From: Candidatus Omnitrophota bacterium
GTDB taxonomy: Bacteria; Omnitrophota; Gorgyraeia; Duberdicusellales; Duberdicusellaceae
DNA length: 64,000 bases
Direction: 5' to 3'
Assembly: GCA_021159015.1 (NCBI GenBank)
Contig: JAGGSQ010000042.1
Location: 557-64,556, forward strand
Under the pieces are notes generated by a model. That model searched no databases and was not told the origin of the DNA. It saw only the letters and a list, made by a program, of their open reading frames with translations. Shown in pieces: positions 18,906-30,233 of the stretch (positions are counted from its first letter, which is position 1; every line of letters starts with the position of its first letter). Made by a program: the position numbers and the translations under genes.

Positions 18906-19988
18906 TCAAACACAACGCACAAATACCTTTCCTGTTTGTTCTTTAATTAAGCCCTTAAATTGTAAATCCATAAGAATCTTGCTCAATTCCATTATATCAA
19001 ATCCAGACTTAAGACAAAGAGTATCTATATCCGTACCCTCAGGTGTAATAAGACTATAAAGCCTTTCTTCTGCGGAAGAGAGACTAAGATTATTACTCTT
19101 TGGGGCTCGCGAAGAAGGTAGCACCCATTTAAATTCCGACAAAATATCATCTATGTTTTCAACCAGCTTTGCTCCTTCTTTTATTAAACTATTAGTCCCA
19201 TTACTCGTAGGAGAATTAACCGGCCCTGGTACGCAAAATACCTCTCTTCCTTCTTCAAGAGCAAAGTTAGCCGTAATTAAGGCACCGGAATGTTTTGCTG
19301 CCTCTACTACTAATACGCCTCGGCTTAGACCACTAATAATACGATTGCGGCGAGGAAAATTATATCGCTGGGGAGAAGCAAAAAGAGGAAATTCTGAAAC
19401 AAGCAGCCCCCCTTTTTTTATTTTTTCTGCCAGAGGAATATTACTAGGGGGATAAATATTAAGAAGACCACTGCCTAAAACCGCTATTGTTTCTCCTTCT
19501 TCCAGTGCCCCTTGTGCTGCAGCCGTATCTATACCATAAGCAAGCCCTGAAACAACTACTACGCCTCGTCTTGCTAATTGACAGGAAAAACTTCTGGCAA
19601 CATTTAATCCATAAAAAGAGGCTCGCCTGGAACCTACTACCGCCACGCATTCTCTCTTTAGCAGATCTTTTTCTCCCTGGGCATAAAGCAAAAGAGGCGG
19701 GTTACTTATCTGACGCAATAAAAAGGGATAACTTTCATCAAAAAAAGTAACAATATTTATCCCTTCCTTCTCTACTAATTCAACTTCTCTTCTGAATTCT
19801 TCACTCTCTCTCAAATCCGCGATGTGCACCAGTTTTTTCTCTTCCGCCGGCAACAAAGAACAAAGCCGAGAACGGCTCAACTTAAAAAGAGCATTTTCTG
19901 AACCGGCCTGAGACAGAATCTGTTTGGCAGTGCCGACATCAACCGCGGCAAAATTTAATAGCAGATAGGCTTTTGTGTCTATATTCAT
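18906..19988 (-). CDS. dprA: DNA processing protein DprA (Smf)
   Basis: 360 aa with a Rossmann-like DprA core (AVVGSRRASFYGL, SGLAYGIDTAAAQGAL) and a C-terminal winged helix. smf-topA adjacency is widespread. Confidence 0.85.
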   Translation of the reverse strand: MNIDTKAYLLLNFAAVDVGTAKQILSQAGSENALFKLSRSRLCSLLPAEEKKLVHIADLRESEEFRREVELVEKEGINIVTFFDESYPFLLRQISNPPLLLYAQGEKDLLKRECVAVVGSRRASFYGLNVARSFSCQLARRGVVVVSGLAYGIDTAAAQGALEEGETIAVLGSGLLNIYPPSNIPLAEKIKKGGLLVSEFPLFASPQRYNFPRRNRIISGLSRGVLVVEAAKHSGALITANFALEEGREVFCVPGPVNSPTSNGTNSLIKEGAKLVENIDDILSEFKWVLPSSRAPKSNNLSLSSAEERLYSLITPEGTDIDTLCLKSGFDIMELSKILMDLQFKGLIKEQTGKVFVRCV

Positions 19989-20059
19989 ATTCGCCGATTT
20001 ATGCGCCTATTTTATCAGTAAGCTTTTGCCAGTTAAAGTAATTTTTCTAGAAAGGAGGG

Positions 20060-21406
20060 TTAATTCGGCTCAAGTTCTATCCAAAAAGGACGGAAGTTTA
20101 CTCTCTGTAGTATTTTTTCTGCTATTTTTACTACTTCTTTATCATAACGTCTGCCGGCGCCGCTCTTTAGTTCATCTAAAGCTGCCTGCACTCCTAAAGC
20201 AGCTCTATAAGGACGCATAAGGCTCATTGCCTCTAAAACATCACTTACGGCAATGATGCGTGCTTCTTTCGTTATCTCTGCTCCTTTAAGGCCGCGGGGA
20301 TAACCAGAGCCATCGATCCTTTCGTGATGCTGATAGACTGCCTCTGCCAAAGGGAAAGGAAAATCTATATCTTTCACTATTTCATAACTGCGCAGAGGAT
20401 GTTTCTGAATGAGACGATACTCCTGGTAAGTAAGGTGGGCCGTTTTACTTAAAATATCAAGAGGAATAGCTATCTTACCAATATCATGCAATTCGCCCGC
20501 CATTCTAATTCCCAGCGCCCTTTTGTCGTTCCATCCCATCTCGCGGGCAATCATCTCTGAAATCAACCCCACACGGTTAGAGTGCCCCACGGTATAAGGA
20601 TCACGCATTTCCACCACTTTAGCCAAAGCCCGTACCGTATCAGTAGTCATTCTCAGTTTTTCTTCCTCCCAATTAGCCAAAGCCGTCATATCACGCGTTA
20701 TGCCCATCAGACCGATAATCTTGCCCCGATGATTAAAACGCGGAATTTTAGTAGTAAGAACCCTATTCCAGGTGCCGTTAGGCAAGAGTGTACTCTCTAC
20801 TTTTCCCACTATAGGCTTGCCACTTTTTATAACCCATAAGTCGTCCTCATACATTTTTCTTGCCTGTCCATAAGGAAAGAAATCGAAGTCAGTTTTACCT
20901 ATTACCTCTTCTGGCCTTAAACCCATCCCTTGGGCGTGAAATTTATTTACTTTGACTAAGCGGCAACTCTTGTCTTTAAAATATATGGCATCAGGTATAT
21001 TGTCCAGGAGGCTCTGCAGCATTTCTCTTTCCTCATTCAGACGATTTTCTATCTCTTTATGTGCAGAGATATCCTCTACCAGGCCTTCTTCATATATATC
21101 TCCATTCTTCTTGGTTACTTCAGCTGTGATTGCTACCCATACTATACCTCTATCTATTCTCTTGAGAGGCGCTTCAAAAAACCTAACCTTACTTTCTTTC
21201 TCCAGAAGGCGGCGGAACTTGCGGCGGTAATTGGAAGCAGCAAAAAAATCTTCTAGCTGGCCAAACAGAGGCCGTTCCGCAGAGTTAAATCCTAAAATAT
21301 TCGCCAAAGACTTATTTATTTTAAATATGCCTTTTTTCTTTTTCCAAAACTGGCGAAAGAGCCCTACGCCTAGATTATCAAGAAGCTTAAGGTTAAACCT
21401 CTCCAT
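20060..21406 (-). CDS. PAS/PAC sensor HD-GYP phosphodiesterase
   Basis: 448 aa with PAS-like N-terminal modules followed by an intact HD-GYP domain (HDIGKIAIP, HHERIDGSGYPRGL, SDVLEAMSLMRPYRAAL). Confidence 0.85.
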   Translation of the reverse strand: MERFNLKLLDNLGVGLFRQFWKKKKGIFKINKSLANILGFNSAERPLFGQLEDFFAASNYRRKFRRLLEKESKVRFFEAPLKRIDRGIVWVAITAEVTKKNGDIYEEGLVEDISAHKEIENRLNEEREMLQSLLDNIPDAIYFKDKSCRLVKVNKFHAQGMGLRPEEVIGKTDFDFFPYGQARKMYEDDLWVIKSGKPIVGKVESTLLPNGTWNRVLTTKIPRFNHRGKIIGLMGITRDMTALANWEEEKLRMTTDTVRALAKVVEMRDPYTVGHSNRVGLISEMIAREMGWNDKRALGIRMAGELHDIGKIAIPLDILSKTAHLTYQEYRLIQKHPLRSYEIVKDIDFPFPLAEAVYQHHERIDGSGYPRGLKGAEITKEARIIAVSDVLEAMSLMRPYRAALGVQAALDELKSGAGRRYDKEVVKIAEKILQRVNFRPFWIELEPN

Positions 21407-21908
21407 CTTTCTTAATAATTTCCTCTATTTTTATCGCTGTTTCTTCTATAGTCAAACCAGTAGTATCAAGCCTCAATTTTATTTTATCATAAAAAGGCTT
21501 CCGCTGCCTCAATAATTCTTTAATACGAGCCAGAGGATCAGAGACATTCAAAAGAGGACGGAAGGTCTCATCTCTCGTACGTGCGTAAATCACCTCTGCG
21601 CTTGCCTCTAAGCATATAGGAATGCCGCTTTTTCCCATTATCTTTATATTCTCTTCCTTTAACACAATTCCCCCTCCACAAGCTACCACCAAACCACCCC
21701 GTTTAGCCACCTCACCTAAAGTCTGTGTCTCTAACTTCCGGAAATATTCTTCCCCTTTTTTCTTAAATATATCTACTATCGTTTCTTTTTCTTTATCTTC
21801 AATCAAAGCATCCAAATCGATAAAATCAAGCTTCAAGCGCTGAGCCAGCACTTTTCCTGCACTACTTTTGCCTGTCCCCATAAATCCCAACAGATAGATA
21901 TTATCCAT
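21393..21908 (-). CDS. aroK: shikimate kinase
   Basis: 171 aa with P-loop LGFMGTGKSS and the shikimate kinase fold. Confidence 0.85.
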   Translation of the reverse strand: MDNIYLLGFMGTGKSSAGKVLAQRLKLDFIDLDALIEDKEKETIVDIFKKKGEEYFRKLETQTLGEVAKRGGLVVACGGGIVLKEENIKIMGKSGIPICLEASAEVIYARTRDETFRPLLNVSDPLARIKELLRQRKPFYDKIKLRLDTTGLTIEETAIKIEEIIKKDGEV

Positions 21909-21914
21909 ATAAAG

Positions 21915-23033
21915 TTAATATTTTTTAAGAGAGTTGATGTATTGACGGTAAGAGGCCCTCAGTTCGGTAAGCGTATCGGAAGAAAATTTTTCCAGAAAGC
22001 TGTCTGTTAAAATGAAAGCCGTCATTGCTTCGGCCACTACGCTACAGGCATATACCGCCGCAACATCAGAACGAATAGAAGGCGCCTTGGCTTTCTTTTT
22101 CGTAGTTACATTAACTGACATAATACCTCTCTTCAGGGTAGCTATAGGCTTCATGGCAATTCTTAAAATAATCGGCTCACCGGTAGAAATACCTCCTTCT
22201 ATACCGCCGGAATTATTGGTTTTATGGAAAAAACCGCGTCTTTTACTGTAATATATACTATCGTGGGTATCTCTGCCACTGCGACGGGCATAATCAAATC
22301 CTAAACCTATTTCTACTCCTTTTACGGCAGGAATAGACATTAAAGCAAAACTAAGCCGGCTGTCCAGACGCCTATCCCACTGCATAAAACTGCCTATACC
22401 TGCCACTACCCCTTCTGCTCTTATTTCTATTATCCCTCCTAAAGTATCCGAGCGGTTGCGGGTTTCTTTAATTAACTGCTTTAACTTAGGAAGGCTCTTT
22501 CTCTCAATTCCATAATAATATTTCCTTCCCGAAGAAGAAGTGCTGTTGCTGAATATAAAGGGGCCAAATTCTCTAATAAAACTGCTTACTTTTATCCCGA
22601 ATAGCTCCAGAAGCTGGCGACACAGTGAACCAATCACTACGCGAGACGCTGTCTCACGCGCCGAGGCTCTTTCTAAGATATTGTTTATATCTTTCTCACT
22701 GTACTTTAAAAGACCGGCCAAATCAGCATGTGCCGGCCGCGGTACAGATATCCTCCTGATATTATCCGGCAAGAAAGGTCTAAGGCGAGCATCTTTGTTT
22801 CTGATTAAGAATCCTATAGGGCTGCCTAAAGTTACCCCTCTCCGCAATCCTGAGATAAACTCTACTTTATCTCTTTCTATATTCATCCGCCCGCCACGTC
22901 CCCAACCTGCCTGACGACGTGATAGTTCCTTATTAATCAAATCTTTTGAGATTCTAACACCTTTGGGAAATCCTTCCAGTATCCCTACCAACGCTTGGCC
23001 ATGTGATTCCCCTGCCGTCAAAAATCTCAACAT
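21915..23033 (-). CDS. aroC: chorismate synthase
   Basis: 372 aa. The N-terminus MLRFLTAGESHGQALVGILEGFP is the AroC signature. Confidence 0.9.
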   Translation of the reverse strand: MLRFLTAGESHGQALVGILEGFPKGVRISKDLINKELSRRQAGWGRGGRMNIERDKVEFISGLRRGVTLGSPIGFLIRNKDARLRPFLPDNIRRISVPRPAHADLAGLLKYSEKDINNILERASARETASRVVIGSLCRQLLELFGIKVSSFIREFGPFIFSNSTSSSGRKYYYGIERKSLPKLKQLIKETRNRSDTLGGIIEIRAEGVVAGIGSFMQWDRRLDSRLSFALMSIPAVKGVEIGLGFDYARRSGRDTHDSIYYSKRRGFFHKTNNSGGIEGGISTGEPIILRIAMKPIATLKRGIMSVNVTTKKKAKAPSIRSDVAAVYACSVVAEAMTAFILTDSFLEKFSSDTLTELRASYRQYINSLKKY

Positions 23034-23043
23034 ATATACCTCC

Positions 23044-23901
23044 TTAGATTCCTACTATTCCTAGGTTATGCAAAATCCTAAAAATATAATCAGAATAAAA
23101 GACCACTCCTGTTGTAGCTAAAGACAAATAAGGCAAATAAGGCAGAAGATGAGACCTGCGAAAAATAATGGCATATACACCGTAGAGCAAAGCCAGGAAA
23201 GGAGCAAGGAAGAAAATCAATATAGCCTTTTTAAATCCCAAAAACGCTCCCAATACTGCCATGAAATCAACATCTCCCAATCCTAATGCTTCTGTTTCTC
23301 CTTCTAGAGACTCTTGCCTCTTAAGTCGCAAATAAAGTAAGAGAAGAAAATCTCCTAGCATCTTAAAAAAATAGGCAAAACCTACAGCAATAAACATTCC
23401 TTGAAAACTCAAAAACAGAGGAATATTGCTAATTTTTTCTAAAGAGCCGCTACGGATAAGCTGATAGCTCCTTAGAGTGAATAACACCAAAGCTAAACAA
23501 ACCGCAACCATAGGAAGATAAGAAGGAATAGCGCGGTAATCTATATCAATAACAGATACCAGAAGAGAAAAAGAAAGTAAAGAGACTGAGACAAAAAAGT
23601 CAAAGCTTAGGCCAAACTTTAAGTAAGAAAAAAGAAAGATAAGGCCGGTTATCAACTCTATGAGAAAGTAGCGAAAAGATATTTTATGAGAGCACCAGCG
23701 GCACCTTCCACGCAGAATTATGTAACTAACAAGGGGAATATTGTCGTACCACGCAATAGGTTTTTTGCAATAAGGACAAAAAGAGCGTGGCTGGATAATA
23801 GAAATATTCTGAGGGAGACGCCAAATGCAAACATTGAGAAAGCTCCCTATACAAAGTCCGAAAATAAAAACTAAGATGGGCAGATGACTAATTCCTGACA
23901 T
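23044..23901 (-). CDS. pilD: prepilin peptidase (A24 family, type IV pilin leader peptidase/N-methyltransferase)
   Basis: 285 aa, polytopic, with an N-terminal tetracysteine zinc site (CPYCKK...CRWC) and the conserved Asp in GDVDF. It is embedded between aroC and aroE. Confidence 0.8.
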   Translation of the reverse strand: MSGISHLPILVFIFGLCIGSFLNVCIWRLPQNISIIQPRSFCPYCKKPIAWYDNIPLVSYIILRGRCRWCSHKISFRYFLIELITGLIFLFSYLKFGLSFDFFVSVSLLSFSLLVSVIDIDYRAIPSYLPMVAVCLALVLFTLRSYQLIRSGSLEKISNIPLFLSFQGMFIAVGFAYFFKMLGDFLLLLYLRLKRQESLEGETEALGLGDVDFMAVLGAFLGFKKAILIFFLAPFLALLYGVYAIIFRRSHLLPYLPYLSLATTGVVFYSDYIFRILHNLGIVGI

Positions 23902-24745
23902 ATTTTAAGATAGCGCGGTAAAGAACGGTTTCTTTACCTTCCAGATTTCTATCCAACCATATCTCCAAAGAACGCAGACCTTGATAAATTAGCATCCACA
24001 ACCCGCTCACAACCCTTGCTCCCTTACGGCGGGCAACCTTTAGAAGTTTTGTCTCTAAAGGATTATAAACCAAATCATACACTAAGACTCCTCTTTTTAT
24101 CAGTGCCGCGGGAATAGCTAAAGGGTCGGAAGGATGGAGCCCTAAAGGCGTAGCATTTATAATCAGGTCCAAAGAGGGAAGATTTTTTTTATTTACGGTT
24201 TTAAGATTCTCTACCTGAGTATGAGAGAAGAAGTTTTTAAGACGACGCCTCAGCTTCTGTGATTTTTTATAATTTATGTCATATATACCTAAAAAATCTA
24301 TCTTTTCTTTCAAAAGATACATGCTTATGGACTTAGCTGCCCCTCCTGCTCCCACTATCAAACATTTCTTTCCTGCTGGATTGAAAGAAGCCTTTTCCTT
24401 AAGAGACTTAATAAACCCTTCGCCATCAGTATTGTAGCCAATTAAATGTCCCTGCTTAACCTTAATAGTGTTAACAGCGCCTATTTTTTCTGCTAAGGGA
24501 TCAATGCGATACAAAAAATCCCTAACTCTTTCTTTATAAGGGAAAGTAACATTCACACCCCTTAGGCCTAAAGCAAGAATACCTCCTGCAGCCTCTTTCA
24601 ATCTATAAGGCTCTACTTCAAAGAGAAAATATTCGGCATAAATATTCTCTCTCTGGAAGAAGTAATTATGCATAAGGGGAGAGAAAGAATGCAAAAGTTT
24701 GCGTCCTACAAGCCCAAATATATCTTTTTTATTTACGGTCTTCAT
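23888..24745 (-). CDS. aroE: shikimate dehydrogenase
   Basis: 285 aa with NTDGEGF and the NADP-binding motif GAGGAAKSI. Confidence 0.85.
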   Translation of the reverse strand: MKTVNKKDIFGLVGRKLLHSFSPLMHNYFFQRENIYAEYFLFEVEPYRLKEAAGGILALGLRGVNVTFPYKERVRDFLYRIDPLAEKIGAVNTIKVKQGHLIGYNTDGEGFIKSLKEKASFNPAGKKCLIVGAGGAAKSISMYLLKEKIDFLGIYDINYKKSQKLRRRLKNFFSHTQVENLKTVNKKNLPSLDLIINATPLGLHPSDPLAIPAALIKRGVLVYDLVYNPLETKLLKVARRKGARVVSGLWMLIYQGLRSLEIWLDRNLEGKETVLYRAILKYVRN

Positions 24746-25212
24746 CTACCCAGAATTAACTGCCAGAACATATCCCAGTAATTTTCTTTAAAGCGGCAGA
24801 ATATTTCGTAATTATCACATAAAATATCCTCTATTTCGCTACGGCTATAAGGAACTTTTATGCTCTGCCCTAAAGAAATAGGTTCGCTTTTATAGCCATA
24901 AATTAAATGCCAAAACCAGGCCCAGTCTGATGGCGTAAAGCTAATAAAAGGCTCTCCTATATATGACTTTAGCTGTGTCTCTTTGAGAAAAAGGGGAGTT
25001 TTCATAGGACGTGCCCCCTTAAAATCAGAGGCTACATTATGCTTAAAAATTTGCCAGCGCAATTTAAGGTTAGCAATAAAATTGTCAATTCTTCTTCTTA
25101 AATTAAAGGAAGAGGCCGGGCTCTCTAGATAAGATACTCCTTTTATTGCCCCCATAATCAGAAGAACCCCCACCCCTGTCCACAAAATATCGCTTATTAT
25201 ATGCTTCCGCAC
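24742..25212 (-). CDS. hypothetical membrane-anchored protein
   Basis: 156 aa with an N-terminal TM helix and a Trp/Tyr-rich C-terminal half. No motif recognised. It overlaps aroE by 4 nt. Confidence 0.4.
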   Translation of the reverse strand: MRKHIISDILWTGVGVLLIMGAIKGVSYLESPASSFNLRRRIDNFIANLKLRWQIFKHNVASDFKGARPMKTPLFLKETQLKSYIGEPFISFTPSDWAWFWHLIYGYKSEPISLGQSIKVPYSRSEIEDILCDNYEIFCRFKENYWDMFWQLILGR

Positions 25213-25246
25213 TCTTGCTTCCTCTCTAAAACAAACTTAACAAATA

Positions 25247-26746
25247 TCAGATTATCTTATCTAACGCTTCCAAATAAGCTTTGAGGGAAGCTTCAATAAT
25301 ATCAGTAGAAGATGCGAGCCCCGAGGAAGTTTTCTTCTTGTATTCAATCTCAACCCGCGCCTGGCCTAAGGCATCTTTGCCTGAAGTAACCGCTTCCAGT
25401 TTAAATTGTAAAAGACGCGGCCTAAACCCTACTACTTTGTCTACAGCGCGGAAACATGCGTCTACCGGCCCATCTCCCTGGGAGTTTGTAACTATAACTT
25501 TATTCTGGTATCTGAGTTTGACCTCTGCCTCTGGCTCTATCTTTGTGCCACTCAAAACCTTTACCTCTAAAAGAGTAATCTTTTTCTTACGCGGTTTTAT
25601 GTCCTCCTCTACAATTGCCACTAAATCATCATCATAAACCTCTTTCTTCTTATCAGCGAGCTTTTTAAACTCGCGAAAAACTTTCTCAATCTGGCTCTTC
25701 TTTAAATTAAAACCCAATTCCTTCAGCCGCTGCGAGAGAGCATGGCGCCCCGAATGTTTTCCCAGAACCAGACCTGAATCAACAATTCCTATCTCACGCG
25801 GGTCCATTATTTCATAAGTAGTCCTCTTCTTTATTACGGCATCCTGGTGAATGCCTGATTCGTGGCGAAAAGCATTCTTACCCACAATGGCTTTGTTAGG
25901 AGGAACCAAAAATCCCGTAAGAGAGCTTACCAACTTAGAAGTTTTATAAATCTGGCGCGTATTTATCTCTGTAAATACACCAGAAAATATATCGCGGCGA
26001 GTTCTAATGTTCATAACAATTTCTTCCAGGGAAGCATTGCCGGCTCTCTCGCCAATACCGTTGATTGTACCGTGTACTTCTTTTGCCCCGGCTAAGACTG
26101 CGGCTAAAGAATTAGCTACCGCCAGACCTAAGTCGTTATGGCAGTGGACGGCTATCTTAGCCCTACCAATATTAGGAACATTCTCTAATATACCTTTAAT
26201 TAACCTTTCGAATTCTTCCGGATAAGTCCACCCTACGGTATCCGGAATATTAACTGTAGAAGCCCCCTGCTTAATAACTTCTTCTACTACCCTATAGAGA
26301 AATTCCGGCTGGGTACGGGTAGCATCTTCAGGAGAAAACTCTACATCATCGCAAAGACGCCGCGCATACCTAACGGCCTGCTTGGCTAACCTAATTATTT
26401 CATCTTCGGCTTTACGGAACTTATACTTTAGGTGTATCTTGGAAGTAGCCAAAAACACATGAATCCTCTTTTTTTTGGCCGGCGCAAGAGCGCGGGCTGC
26501 TGCATCTATGTCTTTCTTTAAAGAGCGGGCTAAGGCGCAAATGACCGGACGGCACACCTTCCTGGCAATAGTATAAACAGAGCGGAAATCGCCTTCACTG
26601 GAGATAGGAAAACCGGCTTCAATTATATCTACACCCAGCTCTTGTAATTGATGAGCTATTTCCAATTTTTGCGCTTCATTCAGAGATGCCCCCGGCGCCT
26701 GCTCCCCATCCCGCAAAGTAGTGTCAAAAATAAATATTTTCCTCAT
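25247..26746 (-). CDS. leuA: 2-isopropylmalate synthase / (R)-citramalate synthase family
   Basis: 499 aa with the DRE-TIM motif TLRDGEQ, the HxH site (HCHND) and a C-terminal LeuA-dimer regulatory domain. It cannot be separated from cimA on sequence alone. Confidence 0.85.
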   Translation of the reverse strand: MRKIFIFDTTLRDGEQAPGASLNEAQKLEIAHQLQELGVDIIEAGFPISSEGDFRSVYTIARKVCRPVICALARSLKKDIDAAARALAPAKKKRIHVFLATSKIHLKYKFRKAEDEIIRLAKQAVRYARRLCDDVEFSPEDATRTQPEFLYRVVEEVIKQGASTVNIPDTVGWTYPEEFERLIKGILENVPNIGRAKIAVHCHNDLGLAVANSLAAVLAGAKEVHGTINGIGERAGNASLEEIVMNIRTRRDIFSGVFTEINTRQIYKTSKLVSSLTGFLVPPNKAIVGKNAFRHESGIHQDAVIKKRTTYEIMDPREIGIVDSGLVLGKHSGRHALSQRLKELGFNLKKSQIEKVFREFKKLADKKKEVYDDDLVAIVEEDIKPRKKKITLLEVKVLSGTKIEPEAEVKLRYQNKVIVTNSQGDGPVDACFRAVDKVVGFRPRLLQFKLEAVTSGKDALGQARVEIEYKKKTSSGLASSTDIIEASLKAYLEALDKII

Positions 26747-26749
26747 AAT

Positions 26750-27772
<1,023 letters not shown>

Positions 27773-27783
27773 TTACCTTAATG

Positions 27784-28377
27784 CTATTCTCCCGCTTTAA
27801 AATTACCCTTCTTCACTAAATCTATTACTACTCCGGTAATAACCTTATCTATTTTACCTCTATTAACCATTTCCTGCAGCTCTTTTTTAACCTCCTCCTA
27901 CCCCAGAGCTTTACGATAAGGCCTGTCTGTAGTTAAGGCATCATAGATATCGGCTACGGTAAGAATTCTTACCTCTAACGTCTTTATATCATTTTCCAGT
28001 TTATTAATAATCTCCTGAAAGGTACCGGCTAGGCTTGCTACTTCGCCTTTCTCGCGTGCTAAATTAGCAATGAAGCCTTTATTTACGCCGCCGGATGTCA
28101 ACTCTTTCGCTTGAGTACTGAGGATAAATAATTTCTCAAATATTCTACGAATATTAGCAAAAAAAAGTAGAGCGCCGCTGGTCAAAATGAGTATAATCAA
28201 CTCCAGCTGCACCTTAGAAAAAGGAATCAAGACAGATTGTCTGGTATAATTTGATACAAGATAGAACAAGATATAAAGAAGAATAAACAAGGGAAGAAAG
28301 AAAAGAGCTACAAATCCTATTGAGAATAATTTAAAAATATAGCTTGACTTATAAGAAAATTTATATTTCTTCCCCAT
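27784..28377 (-). pseudogene. degraded membrane HAMP-HD-GYP gene (core HD-GYP deleted, in-frame TAG at 27898-27900)
   Basis: The 159-aa ORF is 2 TM helices, a HAMP-like segment, then only the terminal HD-GYP motif TVADIYDALTTDRPYRKALG. After the TAG the same frame continues 37 codons (EEVKKELQEMVNRGKIDKVITGVVIDLVKKGNF...), matching the usual HD-GYP C-terminal extension. The HD and GYP core motifs are absent. Confidence 0.55.
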
Positions 28378-28408
28378 TTTATCTCTCTTACTGATAACCC
28401 AAAAACAG

Positions 28409-28437
28409 ATTATATAGCCTTTTTTTCTCTAAAGCAA
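28409..28437 (-). promoter_or_regulatory. sigma70-like promoter (TTGCTT-N17-TATAAT) upstream of the HAMP-HD-GYP remnant
   Basis: Read on the minus strand: -35 TTGCTT at 28437-28432, a 17-nt spacer and -10 TATAAT at 28414-28409, about 30 nt upstream of the ORF start. Confidence 0.3.
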
Positions 28438-28470
28438 GTGAAATGAAATATCACTGGCAGCAGAAAGACC

Positions 28471-29031
28471 TCAGTGCGGTAGAGTACCGGTGGATTTCCT
28501 TATAGAATATTCAACGTAGCCAGCGAGAACCTCTTGTATTTTTGCCGGCGGCGGAACAACAAAATAATGCGACATAATAGCATGGGCCATTTCATGAGCC
28601 AGCATAGGCATAGTCATGTCCGCCAAGGAAATAAATATAGTATCAGTAGAATGTATATAAAGAGAAGGTAGATCTGGTTTTTGCCCTTCGAAGTTCCTGA
28701 AAACATCTTCTTTTAGAGCTTGGCGGGTAGGGTATACCACAATTTTTCCATGATAGCTATATATGTGTATATCCAAAATGTCCGAAACATCCAAATATAA
28801 AGCGTCTAACGATTTCGCAATGATACTATCAGGAGTAGCAGGAGAGTACTCTATATCTCTCTGAAGAAGGTAATTGGCATTAATTTTATAGGCAAACTCG
28901 CTCCTGTCACAGCCAGAAAAACAAACTAAGGTAAAATATTTGCCTACAATTTCTTCTGCGGCTAAAGAAGCTGTATAAAAACAAAAAAATATACCTCCTA
29001 TTAATACTAAATAAATCCTCTTGTACATCAA
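28471..29031 (-). CDS. secreted hypothetical protein with HExxH zinc-metallopeptidase-like motif
   Basis: 186 aa with an N-terminal signal peptide and HEMAHAIMSHYF near the C-terminus. No wider family recognised. Confidence 0.4.
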   Translation of the reverse strand: MMYKRIYLVLIGGIFFCFYTASLAAEEIVGKYFTLVCFSGCDRSEFAYKINANYLLQRDIEYSPATPDSIIAKSLDALYLDVSDILDIHIYSYHGKIVVYPTRQALKEDVFRNFEGQKPDLPSLYIHSTDTIFISLADMTMPMLAHEMAHAIMSHYFVVPPPAKIQEVLAGYVEYSIRKSTGTLPH

Positions 29032-29577
29032 TTAAGTTCGAAAAAAACTCAGTATTTCCTCTATTGCTTTTATCTGTCTTTCTATCTCGGGACTCAGTGG
29101 CCCAGATTTTAACAAAGAAGAAAGAGCTGTAAACTCCTTCTGCAGAAACAATATCTTGTCTTTCAAGATAGTATTCATATCTACTAATGCCTGAGAAAGA
29201 TTCTTAAGTTGGTCATTACTACGCGTGTTAAAATTGAGGTTCAACTCCCCTTCTTTAAGACGATCTATCTCTTTTTTAAGCCGATACAAAGGCCCGGATA
29301 TCTTGTGGGAAATCAATAAAGTCAGGATAATCACGGCGAGAGAAGCAAAAACACTTACCCAAAGAATAATCTGAATCACTACCGGTAAGATAAAATCTGA
29401 AGTACTCTTGACGTAGACATGAGTATTTTCTATAGCTACAGTAGTAGAATTTCGCAGAAAGAAAAGAAGCAGAACAGCAATAAAAGCAGAGGAAAGAACA
29501 ACGATATATGCAAATTTAATAATAAATTTTGTCTGAAAACTTTTGTCAATAAAGTAGTGGCGTCTTTTATTATCCAT
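29032..29577 (-). CDS. membrane protein with two TM helices and a HAMP domain
   Basis: 181 aa: TM1, a ~25-aa loop, TM2, then HAMP (ISHKISGPLYRLKKEIDRLKEGELNLNF...LSQALVDMN). It has no output domain. Confidence 0.5.
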   Translation of the reverse strand: MDNKRRHYFIDKSFQTKFIIKFAYIVVLSSAFIAVLLLFFLRNSTTVAIENTHVYVKSTSDFILPVVIQIILWVSVFASLAVIILTLLISHKISGPLYRLKKEIDRLKEGELNLNFNTRSNDQLKNLSQALVDMNTILKDKILFLQKEFTALSSLLKSGPLSPEIERQIKAIEEILSFFRT

Positions 29578-30208
29578 TACTGCCTCCTTCTTGTATTCCT
29601 AATAATTTATAATTTATTTTTATCTTTGCATTCTGACGGAGAGAATTTATCCAACTAGTGAGCGCTTTCTGTTGTTTCTGACGAAAAAGAATAAATTTTA
29701 TTTGTCCGTATATTTCTTCCAAGCTCTTCTTACCAAAGCTCTCTTTATGATTCTCAAAGTAGTCTCTTACTTCGTTCTCAGTAACCTTTATTCTCCCGGA
29801 CAACTCCTTTATTTTTCTGTCTATTATTAACTTAAGCAACGTCTGCTCCCAGAAAAACTGCACATCTTGCAAGAAGCTAGGGTCTTTATCTAAGCCGTCT
29901 CTTTCTGCTTCTAAAAGGATGAGCTTACGATTGATAAAAGAATTAATTAACTTCTTCTTATCAGCAGGAGAAAGCTGCCTCTCTCTGGCAAGACGCAAAA
30001 GAGAAGTATCTACTTCCTGTTTAGTTATCCTAAGCTTGCCTATAGAAATAGCCGTCTCTTTATGAGAGCATTGACAAGCCCAGAATCCGCCTGCCATAAC
30101 AAATACAAGCAATATTAATATTGCCTTCCTCATCTCGTTCCTCCTTTTTATGTTTTTATTATATGCCGGCAGCGGCAAAGCCACAACAAATAAATCCTTA
30201 TGCAACAT
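29570..30208 (-). CDS. SurA N-terminal-domain chaperone-like lipoprotein
   Basis: 212-aa ORF. The internal Met at 30133 starts a lipoprotein-type signal (MRKAILILLVFVMAGGFWAC). The rest resembles the SurA_N/PpiD chaperone domain without a PPIase domain. The annotated N-terminal extension runs into the IS hairpin. Confidence 0.5.
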   Translation of the reverse strand: MLHKDLFVVALPLPAYNKNIKRRNEMRKAILILLVFVMAGGFWACQCSHKETAISIGKLRITKQEVDTSLLRLARERQLSPADKKKLINSFINRKLILLEAERDGLDKDPSFLQDVQFFWEQTLLKLIIDRKIKELSGRIKVTENEVRDYFENHKESFGKKSLEEIYGQIKFILFRQKQQKALTSWINSLRQNAKIKINYKLLGIQEGGSNG

Positions 30209-30233
30209 TTTGCTTCGTAAGCAAAATGTTGCA
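30201..30233. repeat. 33-nt perfect hairpin TGCAACATTTTGCTT-CGT-AAGCAAAATGTTGCA (copy 1, downstream end of the transposase)
   Basis: 15-bp perfect stem with a 3-nt loop. It is identical over 36 nt (including the 5' TTA) to copy 2 at 31198-31230. Confidence 0.9.
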
